NCBI RefSeq assembly: GCF_009914755.1
Contig: NC_060927.1
Source: the human T2T-CHM13v2.0 reference genome, Homo sapiens
Direction: 5' to 3' (one strand)
Length of the DNA: 64,000 nt
Of the stretch, positions 46,759 to 60,660 are shown piece by piece (the stretch's first letter is position 1; each line of letters opens with the position of its first letter). Under the pieces are notes generated by a model. It made no database searches and was not told the origin of the DNA. It worked only from the letters and a program-made list of their open reading frames with translations. The position numbers and the translations under genes were made by a program.

Positions 46759-48139
46759 ACCGTTTTTAAGTGTTCTTAAGAGATTTGGATAGGAGTGTAT
46801 GGAAAGCGGACGGTGGAACTGAAAAGGACAACTGTATGTATAGACAACTTTTTGAAAAATTGTATAAACATACGTGATGGGTTTTTGTATCTGTCTTTGC
46901 TGTTGAGGGTGAGGAGGAGTAGGGATCAGCATGGGGACATTCTATGTAAGATTACTAACAGGTTACATTTTGAGGTTTAAATAAATGAGAAAGTCCTCAT
47001 GAAGTCTGAGATATCACCTTGCCCACATTGCAAAGGAGGTCTCTGCTTTCTCAGCTTAAAGTGGGAAAAATGCTTTCTGTGGGCTTAAAATGTGTCTCAT
47101 AAATCTTCCAAATCCCTGTGTAGAAAGAGTCGCCTAGTCCTGCACCCTCAGATGTTAATTCCTCTTCTCAGGCTTTATGGACAGTGTGGTAATGGAGGGA
47201 AATAGGTTACTCATTACTGGGATTCAATTTGGCTCCACTGATGGGAAGCAAACAGTAGTTGGGTGTTTGCTTTTATTTTACACTTGTGTGACACTTGAAC
47301 ACATTGATGTCCTGTCTCTATATGTTCATGGATTCAGAGCTACAGAGCATATGAGAGAGAACCAAACACTGATGCACACCTCGTACCCTCTAATCTTTTC
47401 TTTTTTTTTTTGCAGACTGAAATCAGCATGATATTTTTCTGGCCAAACAACAAAATGTGATTTTAAACTACTCAGTTTAGCTATTTTTGGGGAGTAGCAA
47501 AGTGACACAGTTGGCTGCTGAATTCTAGCAACTAAAAAAGAAAAAAATGAAAGCATAGTTCATGGAATATGTAACACTTCCATGTAAGAAAATAGGACAA
47601 CTGGTCTTATTTTTGGGTCTGTGATACTGTCTTTCTAAGTGAGTGAAGCAGGGTGTTGTATAATGCAGTGGATATACTTTTGAGGAATTCATACTAGTTA
47701 CAATATACATCTAAGAGGTATTTGAGTTTTCATAGCATTGCTGCCTCATGAATCCTGCAGTGCACTTAAATCAGATCTGTTCATTAATTGGGAATGATTT
47801 GGATAAGGGGACACAGCCATAAGCAATTGACCAAGCATAAAAGCATAGTCCAGATTAGTGAGGAAATATTACTGACTTTTTAAGGTTGTCTCGAGAACTT
47901 TTTAAGAATTGTCAAAAGGATTTATTTACAAAGCGGTGGTTATTTATAAATGAGTTCTACCTGTTTTTAAAATGACACTTTTCCAGAAGCGTTTCTCTTC
48001 AGTAAGTGTGGAGGCTTAGCTCTGTCTGTGGGTAGCTAAGGGTGGTTACCCAACATCTTACGGAAGTGGGGTTGGGTGGCGCTGGGGCTCTGGGAGTTTC
48101 AGATATACATATCTCTTATTCAGAATCCACACCAAAACC

Positions 48140-48400
48140 ACAGAGACCTGGGTTGAAATTCTTAGTTCATTACAGCATTTACCTTGGGCAAATGGGCCTC
48201 ACCCTTTTAATCTATAAAATGGGAATAGTAATTATAATAGCCTACGCTTACCAAGCACATGTGATCTATGCCCCGTGCTTGAGCATTTTATATGCTTTTA
48301 ATCATCCCTGGAAGTATGAACCATGATTATTTCCACTGTAGGGTTAGGAAACTAAAGTTGAAGAAGGTAGGTCCAAGGTCACCGGGGTAGCAAGGCGCGG
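48140..48400. mobile_element. Two oppositely oriented MIR fragments
   Basis: + core (accttgggcaa...ctataaaatggg) then - core (gaaactaaag...ccaaggtcac). Confidence 0.55.
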
Positions 48401-49699
48401 GGAGCGGTGGGGGGCGGTGACTGTAATATGTTTCTCTAATCATTGCTCAGGATTTTTTTTAAATTTTATTTCAGACCATTTGCTTTTTGAAGAGAGTATG
48501 GAAACTATTTTTCCTAATTGCACAGGAGGGCCAATTGAAAGATCTAGCTTTTTATGTATTTCACCCTGTTACTTTTCCCATATAAGCAAGTGCCATGAAC
48601 ACTGGGTGGAATAAAGGTGTCTTCCTGTACTTGCTACAATTAAATAAGTAAGTAATGCAATTAGTATAGGATTTTATTTGGTTACGTTGAAGAGATGACC
48701 TTTCAGCAAATTACTTTAGCTTCTGAATAAGCTGATAATAACTGTGGATAGAGTCTGAATTTGTTGGTGGTGAGTTTTTTTTTGACACTACTCCTCTTCC
48801 AAATTACCTAAATTGATTTGCTTTGTAATTTGAGAACTTTTGTTTGGGGCTTTGAATATGGTTACTTTGTAGTAATGCGGTATTTTTACTGTCCCATGTA
48901 TATCATCTAAGTGTGGGCAGCAGGCTCTGAATCATAACTTCAGGAAAGGTCTGAGGGTGTTGTGTTTGGCAAGAAATGGCTTGGATTCTGCATTTTTCCT
49001 CTGGAGTTTGGAACTAGCCATGGGAGCCAGCCAAACCAGCTGTGGGATCTTGGGCAAGACCCTCAATTTCTTTCGGGTTGTTTGCCTCACCCTTCACTAA
49101 ATGGCTTCTAAAATTTTTTTCTGGAATTTTAGAGATTGTTGATTCCAGGCTAGGCAGTTTGGAAGGGTTATGGTCTTTTTGCAGTATGCAAGTCAGATGC
49201 CCAGGACACACTGTGATTTGTGAGGTGCACTTGTTGACTTTTTCCTGTGAGAGTTTGCTTCCTAAGGCGTTGAGAACCCTTCCATTATCTTGCTAACCTT
49301 GCTACGGATTATCCTGAGGGAGTAGCAGACAAGGTGGTGAGTGGAACTTGGTTAATGGAATGCCTATAAGCTATGTTTTTGTTTGTTTGTTTGTTTTTTA
49401 AACATGAAACCTTATTTCTTCTGGAGACCAAGTTAAAAAAAATATGGAGATTTGCTCATGTCAACAAAGTTATGTGTATAGCGTTTAAAACTATCTAATG
49501 TGATTTATGATTGGAGTGGTGGGGGCAGACGTCTTTGTCTAAAATGAGAAACGAAGCTAGTTCTGGATCTTGTGTCTGGAAAGGAGAAATGGAGAAAGGA
49601 CAGGCATTTATTTGGGTTATCTGGAATTCTACAGATGTTCTTTTGGCCATACTGCATTTAAAAGAAAAAATAAATTAAAAATTAAGAATGCATTAAAAA

Positions 49700-49820
49700 T
49701 CAGTCATTTTGCATTCATGCCATCAACAAGTTTCTGGGTGCCTAGAGCATGCCAGGTGCTGTTCTAGGCACTGGGGGAGACAATGGTGACCAAAACAGAT
49801 GGAAGCCCCGGCCCTCATGA
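49700..49820 (-). mobile_element. L2 3' fragment
   Basis: tgccaggtgctgttctaggcactggggg...accaaaacaga...gccctcatg. Confidence 0.65.
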
Positions 49821-51777
49821 CAGCTTCCCGTGAAAGTGGGGTTACTCTTGAAAAATAGGAAGGTCTAGCAGCCTAGGGCCTATGTTAGTGCTTGGCAACA
49901 ACATTAACCTGAAATTAAATAGTGCTACCCCTTGGGATGGGGCACACACCTGTCCCGTAGTGGTTATTTACAATACTCAGCTGGTCCCTGGAGGTGTTTG
50001 TCACCCAAGCATAGGTGATTTTCCTGAGGGACAGATTTTTTCTTTGGGCTTGTTTGGGGTTTTGTATTGCCTGGATTGGTCATGTATAACCATGTGCGTG
50101 GGCACATGCGCTAGTGCACACAGGTGCATTGCTGGCTGATGACATGACTTCTTTCCTGTCAATCTTGCTTATGAAGCTGAAGCTCACCTCTCCTGGCTGT
50201 GTCGTTTTCTGGCTCTACAAATGGCCTGCTCCTTGGATATTTCACAGTCATGTGTTGACTTCCCTGGTTGATTTGAATTTCTGTTAGCTTGTTCAGTTAA
50301 GACAAAAGTGTGTTTTGAAAAATCGCTCATTTAAGAGCTGGTTCTCTTGATCAGTTTCTTGTTATCAGATGGCCCAAGAAGGGGTATGATGTCGGGGGAC
50401 AAGGGGGGGAAAGCCAGTGACTATTAATAGAGTAGGATCTGAGTACATTAATATTGGAGATGCCATATTAGTGGGTCCCTTGCTACTTAGTTTTTTTTAC
50501 ACAATATTGCTGCCCTCCTAATTTTTGCACATGGATTTCCAATAAATGATAGAAATAGTGCACATTTTAATTTTTACAACAACAACATGCGAAAGCCTGA
50601 ACTTTGTACAATAGAGTGGCTAGCTTTTGACTATTACAGATGGAAGATTTGAGGGGATGATTCCTTCACCCTTGTTTTAGTACATGTTCATTAAGTGGTC
50701 ACCGTGATACGCAATACATTTACATGAATTCCCCACATGTGATTCAGAGCCAAATTAGGCTATGTTCTTTGAGGGCAGGACCACATTCCTCCTTGTGCTG
50801 TGTCTTTGGTGTGTCAGTAGTGGTAGTCATGTATGAGGGCTGACAGAATGAGTAGATAATGCTCTTCAAATGATTATAGGATGTTTTAGAAGACATTGAT
50901 GTCACTGTATGTAGTTTCAAGATATCTCATGTTTGTATATTGTGTCTTAAGAGATACACTATCCAAGGTTAATATCTTCCTTAAGAGAATTCTGAGTATA
51001 TATATTGTCATGGTGGTTGAAGTTTATCTTTAAAAAGAGAAGCTAAATTCGTACCTTCTGTTGGCTGCTAAGGTATCTGTTGCTGAGAACGGGATTCCAT
51101 TCTAATTAGAGGACAAATGTCTATAGGACAGCAGGGTTATGTTTTGATGGTTGCAATGGTAGTAAACCTTTTTTTTTTTTCCTCTCTTGTGGAATAATTT
51201 AAGCTAAATTCTGTGAATCTGGTGGTCATTGTATCAAAAGTGGCCTTGGCTCTTAGGTGATTCAGGAGAAGGTAGCCCTCTTATTAGTGCTTTGTTCCAG
51301 AAACAGTGAATGAGGTATGCAGAGAGCAGCAGAGCTTGCCTCAGCTGACAGTAGAGCGCAAAAATGAATGCCATTGCCCAGTAATGGCTTTGTGCAGGTT
51401 GGACTAGGAGAAGGGCTTGCCTGAGCTGATCATTTTTGCTTGGTTGACAAGTACTAGTTGGTCACCAGATCTACTGCCCTTGATGAGACAGATGTTGGCT
51501 GGTGCATCATGGTGATTCTAATGTGCACAGGCAGAAGCTAAGTTTTCTAGAACACATTGCTAGTCAATGCCTGCCCTGTTTTATCCCTCTTCCCACCAGT
51601 TGTTTTCTCTTCTAAAACTAGTCATTTTCTCTTATTTACATGTGTGTAAAGGTTACGAGTGGAGGGTGCAGAAAATCTCTTGACAGTTTTAGGCACTAGC
51701 TTCTCATTTTCCCAGTCAGTCAATTTGGGCAGAAGCTGCTGAAATTATTTCATGTGATAGAGGTTTGCATGCTAGAG

Positions 51778-52217
51778 GTCTTAGTCCATTTTATGTTGCT
51801 GTAACATTATCTGAGACTGGGTAGTTTATAAAGAAAAGAGGTTTATTTAGCTTACAGTTTTACAGGCTGGGAAGTTCGAGGGCACGGCCCTGGTGTCTGG
51901 TGAGGGCTTTTGTGCTGCATCATAACATGGTGGAGAAGGTGGAAGGGGAAGTGGACATGTGCAAAGAGAGGCAAAACCCAAGTGATGCCCTGGCTTCGTA
52001 ACAACCCCGCTCAAGGGAACTAATCCATTCCCACGAGAAGTGACTCGGGCTTGCCAGAATGAGAACTCAGTCACTGCCTCGAGAATGGCACCAAGCCATT
52101 CGTGAGGGACCCACCCTCATGACTCAGACAACTTCCACTAGGCTCCACTTCCCAGCACCACCATGTTGAGGATCAAATTTCAACAAGATTTGGTGAGGAC
52201 AGACCGAAACCATAGCA
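51778..52217 (-). mobile_element. MSTB-like MaLR solo LTR
   Basis: gtcttagtccattttatgttgctgtaaca...gagactgggtagtttataaagaaaagaggtttattt...aaaccatagca. Confidence 0.85.
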
Positions 52218-52559
52218 GCGCATAACTTTAGCGTTAGAGTTCTTTCTGAACATATTTTAGGATGTGGTTTTTAGAAGAACACGTCAGTTGCTAGTGAAGT
52301 TTCTTAACTGAAATGAGGGAGTTGCTGGTTCTTGAAATTTCTGCTGCTCCTTATGATGCGAAGTGGAGGTAAAATTGATTTCTGGGGAGTCTAGGGGAAA
52401 TGTAAGCACTCTGACCACATAAACAAAGGATTTTGTGAAAATAAATCTTATATGCCTTGGAACCTTTAAATGGGGTTGAGGGAATGAGACTTGAAGACAA
52501 GTGGATTCTGATGAAAGAGGCCAGTGGCAAATGTGTATTTAAAAAAAAATGCATTTTTT

Positions 52560-52735
52560 TGCAGGTACCAGAGTGAATCCTAGCTTTGTCCTTTGCTAAC
52601 TTTGGCCAGTTACTTAACTTTATTGGTTTTCTTACCTTTAAAATGGGGATAATGAGAATTTCAACCTTCTTGAGTCCTTGTGAATATTAAATGAGATGTG
52701 TGTGCAAAGCACCAGAAAAGCATTAGGCACACAGA
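52560..52735 (+). mobile_element. MIR
   Basis: agttacttaact...aaaatggggataatg...tgtgaatattaaatgagat. Confidence 0.65.
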
Positions 52736-52737
52736 AC

Positions 52738-53057
52738 TTTTTTTTTTTTTTTTTTTTTGAGATGGAGTCTCGCTTTGTCACCCAGACTGTTCAGTGGCGC
52801 ACTTTCGGCTCGCTGAAACCTCTGCCTCCCGGGTTCAAGCAGTTCTCCCTGCCTCAGCCTCCTGAGTAGCTGGAATTACAGGCGCATGCCACCACGCCCG
52901 GCTAATTTTTATATTTTACATAGAGATGAGGTTTCACCATGTTGGCACCATGTTGGCCAGGCTGGTCTCGAACTCCTGAACTCAGGTGATGTGCCTTCAT
53001 CGGCCTTCCAAAGTGCTGGAGCTGATATTATAGACATGAGCCACTGTGCCCGGCTGG
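52738..53057 (-). mobile_element. Alu (AluS-like) with 11-bp internal duplication
   Basis: Antisense dimer; caccatgttgg x2; TSD gcacaca. Confidence 0.9.
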
Positions 53058-54524
53058 CACACAAAATTTTATAAATGGTACCTGTTTTTAATAGCCAGTG
53101 TTTAAGATTCATGAAACAAAAGTGTGCCTAAACACGCTCTCAACGAATGCTATGCCACTGTTGTGAAGACATGGGAGAGAGCTGGAGCTGTGACAGCAGA
53201 GATCCCACAGCGAATAAAGTGGCAGAACCAGAATCTGAACTGGCTTTTGGCTGTTGTCATGCTTTCTTCTGTGCAGAGCAGGAGTGTGATGAATTAAGGC
53301 TCACAGGGCTACCAGGAAGAGGTTTTTTGTTTGTTTGTTTGTTTTTTTGACAGAGGTTTAGCAAAGATGGCTTTTAGGATTTAATTTGTCCTATATCTCC
53401 CACCTTGAAGAAAAAGGTTCATAGCTACTCTTCATATTCTCATTGCTGAAATTATCAGCACGAGTAGGGTACACATGCCTTGCTGTATATCTTTGTGTTA
53501 ATATGGGGCCAGTCACACCCCCTAGGTGCATATAAACAGGGACATTCAGTGAAAGTGAACAGCATATGTCTTCTTCCTGTCCCTGTGTGTTATTTTGCAG
53601 TTTTTCTACAGAGGAATTGGAGGTTGGCATTTGAGCCAATGGTCCCCATTCCCATAGCTGTGGTAGATGTTGCTAATTGATCACAGAGCTTTTTGCTACT
53701 GAAGCCTGAACGAGGTCTTAGAATCATTTTCAATAGTTGGTCTGGGAGAGGACTTTTGTGCCATCTCTGTGCCTATAATAAGGCAGATTAACCAACCTTC
53801 GAAAATAGCATGAGAAAGAGAGGTGTATCCAAGTGGCTACTGTATTCTTGGAAATAGGTGTGCTGCTACATGGGCAATTTTTAAGGTTTGCTTGTCCATA
53901 AAATTGATTTGAACTTATATTTGACTCACATTTGTTTATTCAGAAAAAAAAATCCAGTCTCTTGATGGTGGTTACATCATATTTTAATTGGTAAGATCCA
54001 CTAATGGAGGTATAGGGATCTAAATTCACTTGCTTATTTTTCCTTCAAAGCCCAGGGGTTTTGCATCAGATTATGGCGCTTGTAGGAGTGTTTATATTCC
54101 GAAGTGACACCTTTCTGAATTCTTAGCTATTTAAGTAAGTGTTAAGAATGGGCTTGGTGACAGCAGTTTTTAAAACTGTGATTGACTTATTGGATCTTTT
54201 CCCTCTGTTGTTTATACCTGACAGAGTATCTTATGTTTGTTCTGAATAAGTTGATTGTTACCTTTAGGGTAGCTTGTTTCTCAAAATTTGAGTGGTCCTC
54301 TGATCAGTGTTATTTTTGATAAGGAAATTGAAGAGTAGGCATGAAAGGTGAAAGGAATTCATTTGCAAAGCTGACATCAGATAAATTTTAGGTGCTTGGT
54401 AACATACCAAGTACTCGGATGACATCAGGTAATCCCGTATTTGTTTCCTGTATATGAGTTTTTCCACCTCAAGATTCCTTTTGATGTTGAGCCTTTGCTT
54501 AATGAATGTGAAATGTCTATAGAG

Positions 54525-54848
54525 CTCTCTGTTCAATATGGTAGCCACCAGCCACCTGTGGCTAGTAAACACTTCAAGTATGGCATGTCTAAATTGAGAT
54601 GTGCTTCAAGTGTAAAATATACACCAGATTTCAAAGACAAATGAAAAAAGAATGTGAAATATCTCATTAAAACTTTTCATTGACTGCCTATTAAAATGAT
54701 ATTTTAGATATATTAAGTAGAAAATGCCATTGAAATTACTGTCACTTGTTTCCTTTTACTGTTTCATGTGACTACCATAAAATTTTAAATTACACATGTG
54801 GCTCGCATTTGTAGCTCGCATTGTATTTTTATCGGACGGCACTGGTCT
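54525..54848. mobile_element. MER33 (hAT-Charlie)
   Basis: caatatggtagccaccagccacctgtggcta...gtgtaaaatatacaccagatttcaaagac...atgtggctcgcat. Confidence 0.8.
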
Positions 54849-55039
54849 AGAGAGCTCTTTCCAACCTTTTCTCACCTTCCAGAAGAGCATTTCACAGCTG
54901 TAATCCCCTGTGTGACATTGATTACCTGTTTTCTCTTCCCTACCCCTTCAAAATGTAGGGCTAAGAGAAACTCTTGTAATTGATGGAGAAGGTTGTCTCC
55001 TAGAAGATACTGCCTCTGGGATATTCCGGGTATGTTAGG

Positions 55040-55215
55040 ATAGCAGGTTAGGGTCATTTAGCTTTGTGTGCCTGTTTACCCATCTGTGAAATGGGTTTAA
55101 CAGTCCCTGCTCTGTGAGGTTGTTGGAGGAGTAAATGAGGTAAACCATGTAAGGCATTTGGCACAGGCCTTGGCATCTAGGGAGCACTTGAAAATAAAAG
55201 CCGTTGTTATTATTT
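55040..55215 (+). mobile_element. MIR
   Basis: catctgtgaaatggg...gtgaggttgttggaggagtaaatgag...gcacttga. Confidence 0.7.
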
Positions 55216-56569
55216 TACCAGCTCATGAGTAGACATTTAGCAGAGTTCCTGGCATTGATTTCTCCCTCTCCTAGTTCCTGTTGGTGCTACATCGTGGGAC
55301 CTGTGTGGGTTGCAGACTGGTCCCTGCTACCTAGAAAATCCAGGAACAACATCTCGCTTGAGCTCCTGCTCAGCAATTTGAAAGGTAGAAGGGAACTTGG
55401 AGATTTTCAGAGATTGCACACGGCCTGCGGAAGCTTCTTGACAGACTGATATAATCCATTGCAGCAATCAGCCCCTGGTGCCTGATGAAAGAGCTTTATA
55501 ATTTCATGTATTTCATGAATAGCCAAGCTCATTTAGGATCCAAGCTGTGGACTCCAGGGTATTACCAGTGGTCCAGGCTTTAATACAGCTGTGGATTTAT
55601 TTGACCAGTTGGATTGGGTGGTGGTCTCTGCATCTGAGTAGTGTAGAGACATCCAAAATCCCCTCTTGGGATGTTTGGTTCCTTTCTCCAACAGAATGCT
55701 AAAATGGGTGGCTTTTCCAAGTAAGGTGAATATTCTCTACTCTCCAGCCTGCTACTTAATTTGGAAATTAAAATGTGGAGAATGTGAGAGGCAGACAGGA
55801 CATACCCATCTGAGAAAACAGTTAGGTCTGCCCAGAAGGGCTTCTAGCTTGGATCCCATTGAGTCCATGTGCATCCACAGGCCAAGGAAATGGGCAGTGG
55901 TGGCTAATGGCTAGGGAGGGATGCAAAGGCACAGCTGGGAAAACCCCATCCCTGTTTAATTGTTTTTGAGGTTCCCCCGATGGAAATACTTCCTTCCCAG
56001 GGAATGTTTGGCAGGGTGGACACATGCCCTTTGTTTGGTGCAGGTGATAAGAATCTGGGTTTCAGTGGTAAGTTCTTTTACGAGGGATAAACAAGGATGT
56101 TAAAGTCTTGCAGTTAGTGTGTTGAAGGGGCGCTGGAGGATCCTCAGGCCCCATCTCGAGCCTTGGAAACTCAGGGGAGGGCTTCTGAGAGCAGCCTGTG
56201 AGTGTCCACATGGGAGTGGGAACAAAAAGAGTTCCCTGAGGACTAGCTAATACCCTCCAGCAGAGCCAGACTTCAGAGTGACTCTGAAAGAGACTAGTCC
56301 TTCAGACCTTTCTGTTCACACGGAACTTTGGCCAAGTTATCTCTTGCTACGTTATCAAGGCAAACCCTTTCTAGGGAGTGCTGTGATCACCTGCATCTGC
56401 CTCTAGCGACAGCTCCCTCTCCCCGTGTCCCTTCATGGGGTCTGGGAGTTTTACTCTTGTGTAGTATTTTCCACTGAAAGCCCCAAGGGAAGAACATCTC
56501 CTTCACCGGGGGTGAGGGAGGGCATCCTGAAATTCTGCTGCTATTCCGACAGGTGTTTTTTACAATGTG

Positions 56570-56790
56570 GCTAACACAAACCATTTTTTGAGCACCTACT
56601 GTGAGCATGAGCTGGTAAAATAAAATAACTTCATCTTAGGGGCTGGACACACTTTATCTGTAATTCATCCTTGCATTTTCCAGGTGTAAAAGTTGAGGTT
56701 TTGCTAAGTTAAGAAATTTGCCCTGTATCACGTAACTTGGAAAGCGGCGAAAGCCAGGCTTCTGACTCCAAAGCCAGTGCTCTTCTTTCT
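56570..56790 (-). mobile_element. MIR/L2 fragments
   Basis: ttgagcacctact; gttaagaaatttgccc...ttctgactccaaagcc. Confidence 0.55.
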
Positions 56791-57007
56791 AACAGTGTGG
56801 TGTTTCTGTTCATACATGGATACCATCTACGCGCAGCTTGTGAATTGCACTTATTGGATTGAATTTTGGGTACTTTAAGAGCTGAGTTCTGAAAAGGAGA
56901 AAGGCCAGGTGAGCGAGGACAGAAGGCTAACTTAGACTGATATCTTCATTTTCTGGCACTTGGCCACTGTAGGGATACATGGAGTAGGGTGAAGTCTTTG
57001 TATACAC

Positions 57008-57512
57008 AGCTGACCCTCGAACAACATGGGTTTGAACTGTGTGGGTCCACTTATACATGGATTTTTTCTTCAATAAATGTCTTAGAAGATTTTTTGGAGA
57101 TTTGTGACAATTTTTAAAAAATCACACATCAACCATGTAGCTGAGAAATATTGAAAAAAATAAAAAATATGTCATAAATGCATAAGATGCATGTAGATAC
57201 TAGTCTGTTAATGTGTTAACTGATGGTTTATGTTATTAGTAAGGCTTGTGGTCAACAGTAGGCTATTAGTAAAGCTCCTGGGGAGTCCAGAGTTGTACTC
57301 TGAGCCAGGCACGGTGGAACCTGTAATCCCAGCTACTCTGGAGGCTGAGGCAGGAGGATTGTCGGAGCCCAGGAGTTTGCAGCCAGTCTGGGCAACATGG
57401 CGAGACCCTATCTCAAACAAACAAAATTAAAAAACAAACAACAGTTATACTCAGATTTTCGACCGTGCAGGAGTCAATACCCTTAACCCTTGAGTCGTTC
57501 AAGGGTCAACTC
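57008..57512 (+). mobile_element. Tigger2a-like TcMar-Tigger element with a FLAM_A-like Alu monomer (57302-57440) inserted
   Basis: TIRs cagctgaccctcgaacaac...gtcgttcaagggtcaactc; monomer TSD agtt(g/a)tactc. Confidence 0.8.
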
Positions 57513-57520
57513 TATTCTGA

Positions 57521-57773
<253 letters not shown>

Positions 57774-58737
57774 ATCTGATTTATGGTTGATAAAATACTA
57801 TAATGTATTTTAAACTTAGTAAGTGTTACATATGTTAATAAAAGTAAGGGAAAAAAACCTAACTGGGTAAGTGTGTTTTATTCCTGTGGCTAAGAATAAA
57901 ATAAAAGGACTTAACGATTATTATTTTCTTTTGGCTGCAGAAACCCTTCAGTAGATCTTCTTAAGTTACCTTGGGTAACAGGATATAATTATACCCTTGG
58001 TCTGCAGAGGGCATGTTAGCAAGGTACTGTGTGATTTGTACTGGTTTCTGGAGGTTTTGGAGTAGTTACAGGGAAGTAATGTCTTGATGGAGAGAAAATA
58101 TTTGTGTTTCCCTCATTGGCATGTTAGTCCTAGAGCATAGCAGACATGCCTTCTTGCTTTCTGACTTTTCAAAGCCTGGGCTTGGTCCATTCTGATGTTT
58201 TTCTCAATGGTATTTTTTTGTACCCATCTATAGCCAAGGAAGCAGCCATGTAGCCAGGGATGAATTTTAAACTTCTCTGGAGGTGGATACTCCTTGAATA
58301 ATGAATCCCATCTCACTGTGCTCTCAGTTAGTTCTAGCCTGGAGGAGGCGTTGTAAATCTAGTCGTTAATTCCCCCAGAGAAAGTTGCCAGGGTTTGTTT
58401 TTGTCTTTCTTTCATGCCACACCTGTTAATTAGTTCCAGACACTAGCTAATCAGACTCAAGTGTAAAAGCTCTGGGGTAAGAAGGAAGGTCAAATCAGCG
58501 GTCTTTCTCCACACACAACAGAAGCCCTGGTTTTAGTAGCAAGGTTTCATGGCATCCTTTTCCCCACCTTAGTTCCCTGACTCTGCATTTGATTCATTTC
58601 TGAGTGCAGGCTGTGCGTAGCTCTGGGGCTTTTTGTCTTCTGTGGTGTTAGGTTTGTGCTTCTCAGTTTTAGAGCGTGTGGCCACGAGAATGTGAGAGGG
58701 GGAGCAGGGCAGAGTTAATGAGAGAACCCATGGTTGC

Positions 58738-59407
<670 letters not shown>

Positions 59408-60499
59408 CTTATTTTGTTTTATTTATTAATTTTTTGGTGCTGGGAATGCTGAGTATATCATATATTCATACATGTCATTATATCTAAATGATAAAAATCA
59501 CAAGAGTAGCAACCACATGTAGCCAAAGTGGAAAGCTGTCCAGTACATTCTTTTTCGTCCTGGCACAACTCTGAGATTGATGCTGTTTCTCTAGGGGGGA
59601 ATGGGGACAGCATGAGATAGAACAATTTATCCGAAGTGGCGAGTGCAGCCAGGACGTAGCCTGATAGGAACCCAGAAGCCTTTGCCTATGTTTGATAAGA
59701 GTGGAATTCATGTTAACTTTAACCATGTATTCTGTGTTTGTTGGGATGCTGTGAAGGGAAGGATGACCAGGCTCACTCTTGGGTCCAGCTGTTGACTTCT
59801 GGACCTTCCTGTTTCCAGGCTGTAGATACAGAAATGAATGCCTGAGATGTCCAGTGGGACGTTATGATTTTTAACTATTAGGGAGTTTCCTCTTGTACAT
59901 TATTGCAAGGAAGATAATGGATTCAAGTCAACTGTTAGTGGAAACGCCATGTGTTAGCACTTTGCTTCGGGTTTTGGGGGTTCAAAAAATGTGTGCAAAA
60001 AGTCCCTAAAGCAATGTGTTGCAGTGTAAGACTGAAGCTAATAACATGCTGAAATACTGATTCAGATCCCAAGTGTTCAGGAGCGATAGAATAATGAGAT
60101 AAGATACCTTCCTACGGGTATCCTGGCTGGTATTTTATGTACACAATGAAGTGAACACAAAGTGAACAGAGGCAATAATGAGCATACGGTGGTTGACCAT
60201 GAGGCAAATGGGCTTATTCCTAGAGATGAATCATGCATGTCTGGGACTTGGACCCATATCTGCCTTGTATCTTAGGTGCTTCCTCATGGTATAAAGCCAT
60301 TAGTGACTGCTAGCTGGCAGATGGGCCCTGCAGAGATTTGAGAGGCTTGGGAGCCAATGTTGATACGCATGGGAGCCAATGCTGGATGCATTGACTGGCC
60401 CCTGAACGCAAGGCTGAGGCATTGTCCATGGAGACTGAGCACAGGGAAGGGCTCAGTGGCTTCCTTACAGTGGTCTTGTAAACTATAGTGTCTCTGTGC

Positions 60500-60660
60500 T
60501 TGCTGGTCATGGACTAGCTTTGTGTCCTCAGGCCCCAGTACATCTATAAGATGGGATGATGATCCCTGTCTCATAGAGCTGATGGAAGAATTGGATGCGG
60601 ATGTAAGTAAAGCACTGGTCCCTAGCAAACACATGATTATTGTTGTTTTTATTGTACTGC
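60500..60660 (+). mobile_element. MIR
   Basis: catctataagatgggatgatg...tctcatagagctg...atgtaagtaaagcact. Confidence 0.6.

Noticed and set aside
52554-52570. Possible recursive splice site ttttttgcAG|GTacca in long intron 1
   Set aside because: Short pyrimidine tract and weak regenerated donor; abuts a MIR.
57302-57440. Alu monomer resembling a BC200 retrocopy
   Set aside because: Fits FLAM_A features (cagctact, gccagtctggg) better; lacks the BC200 unique 3' domain.
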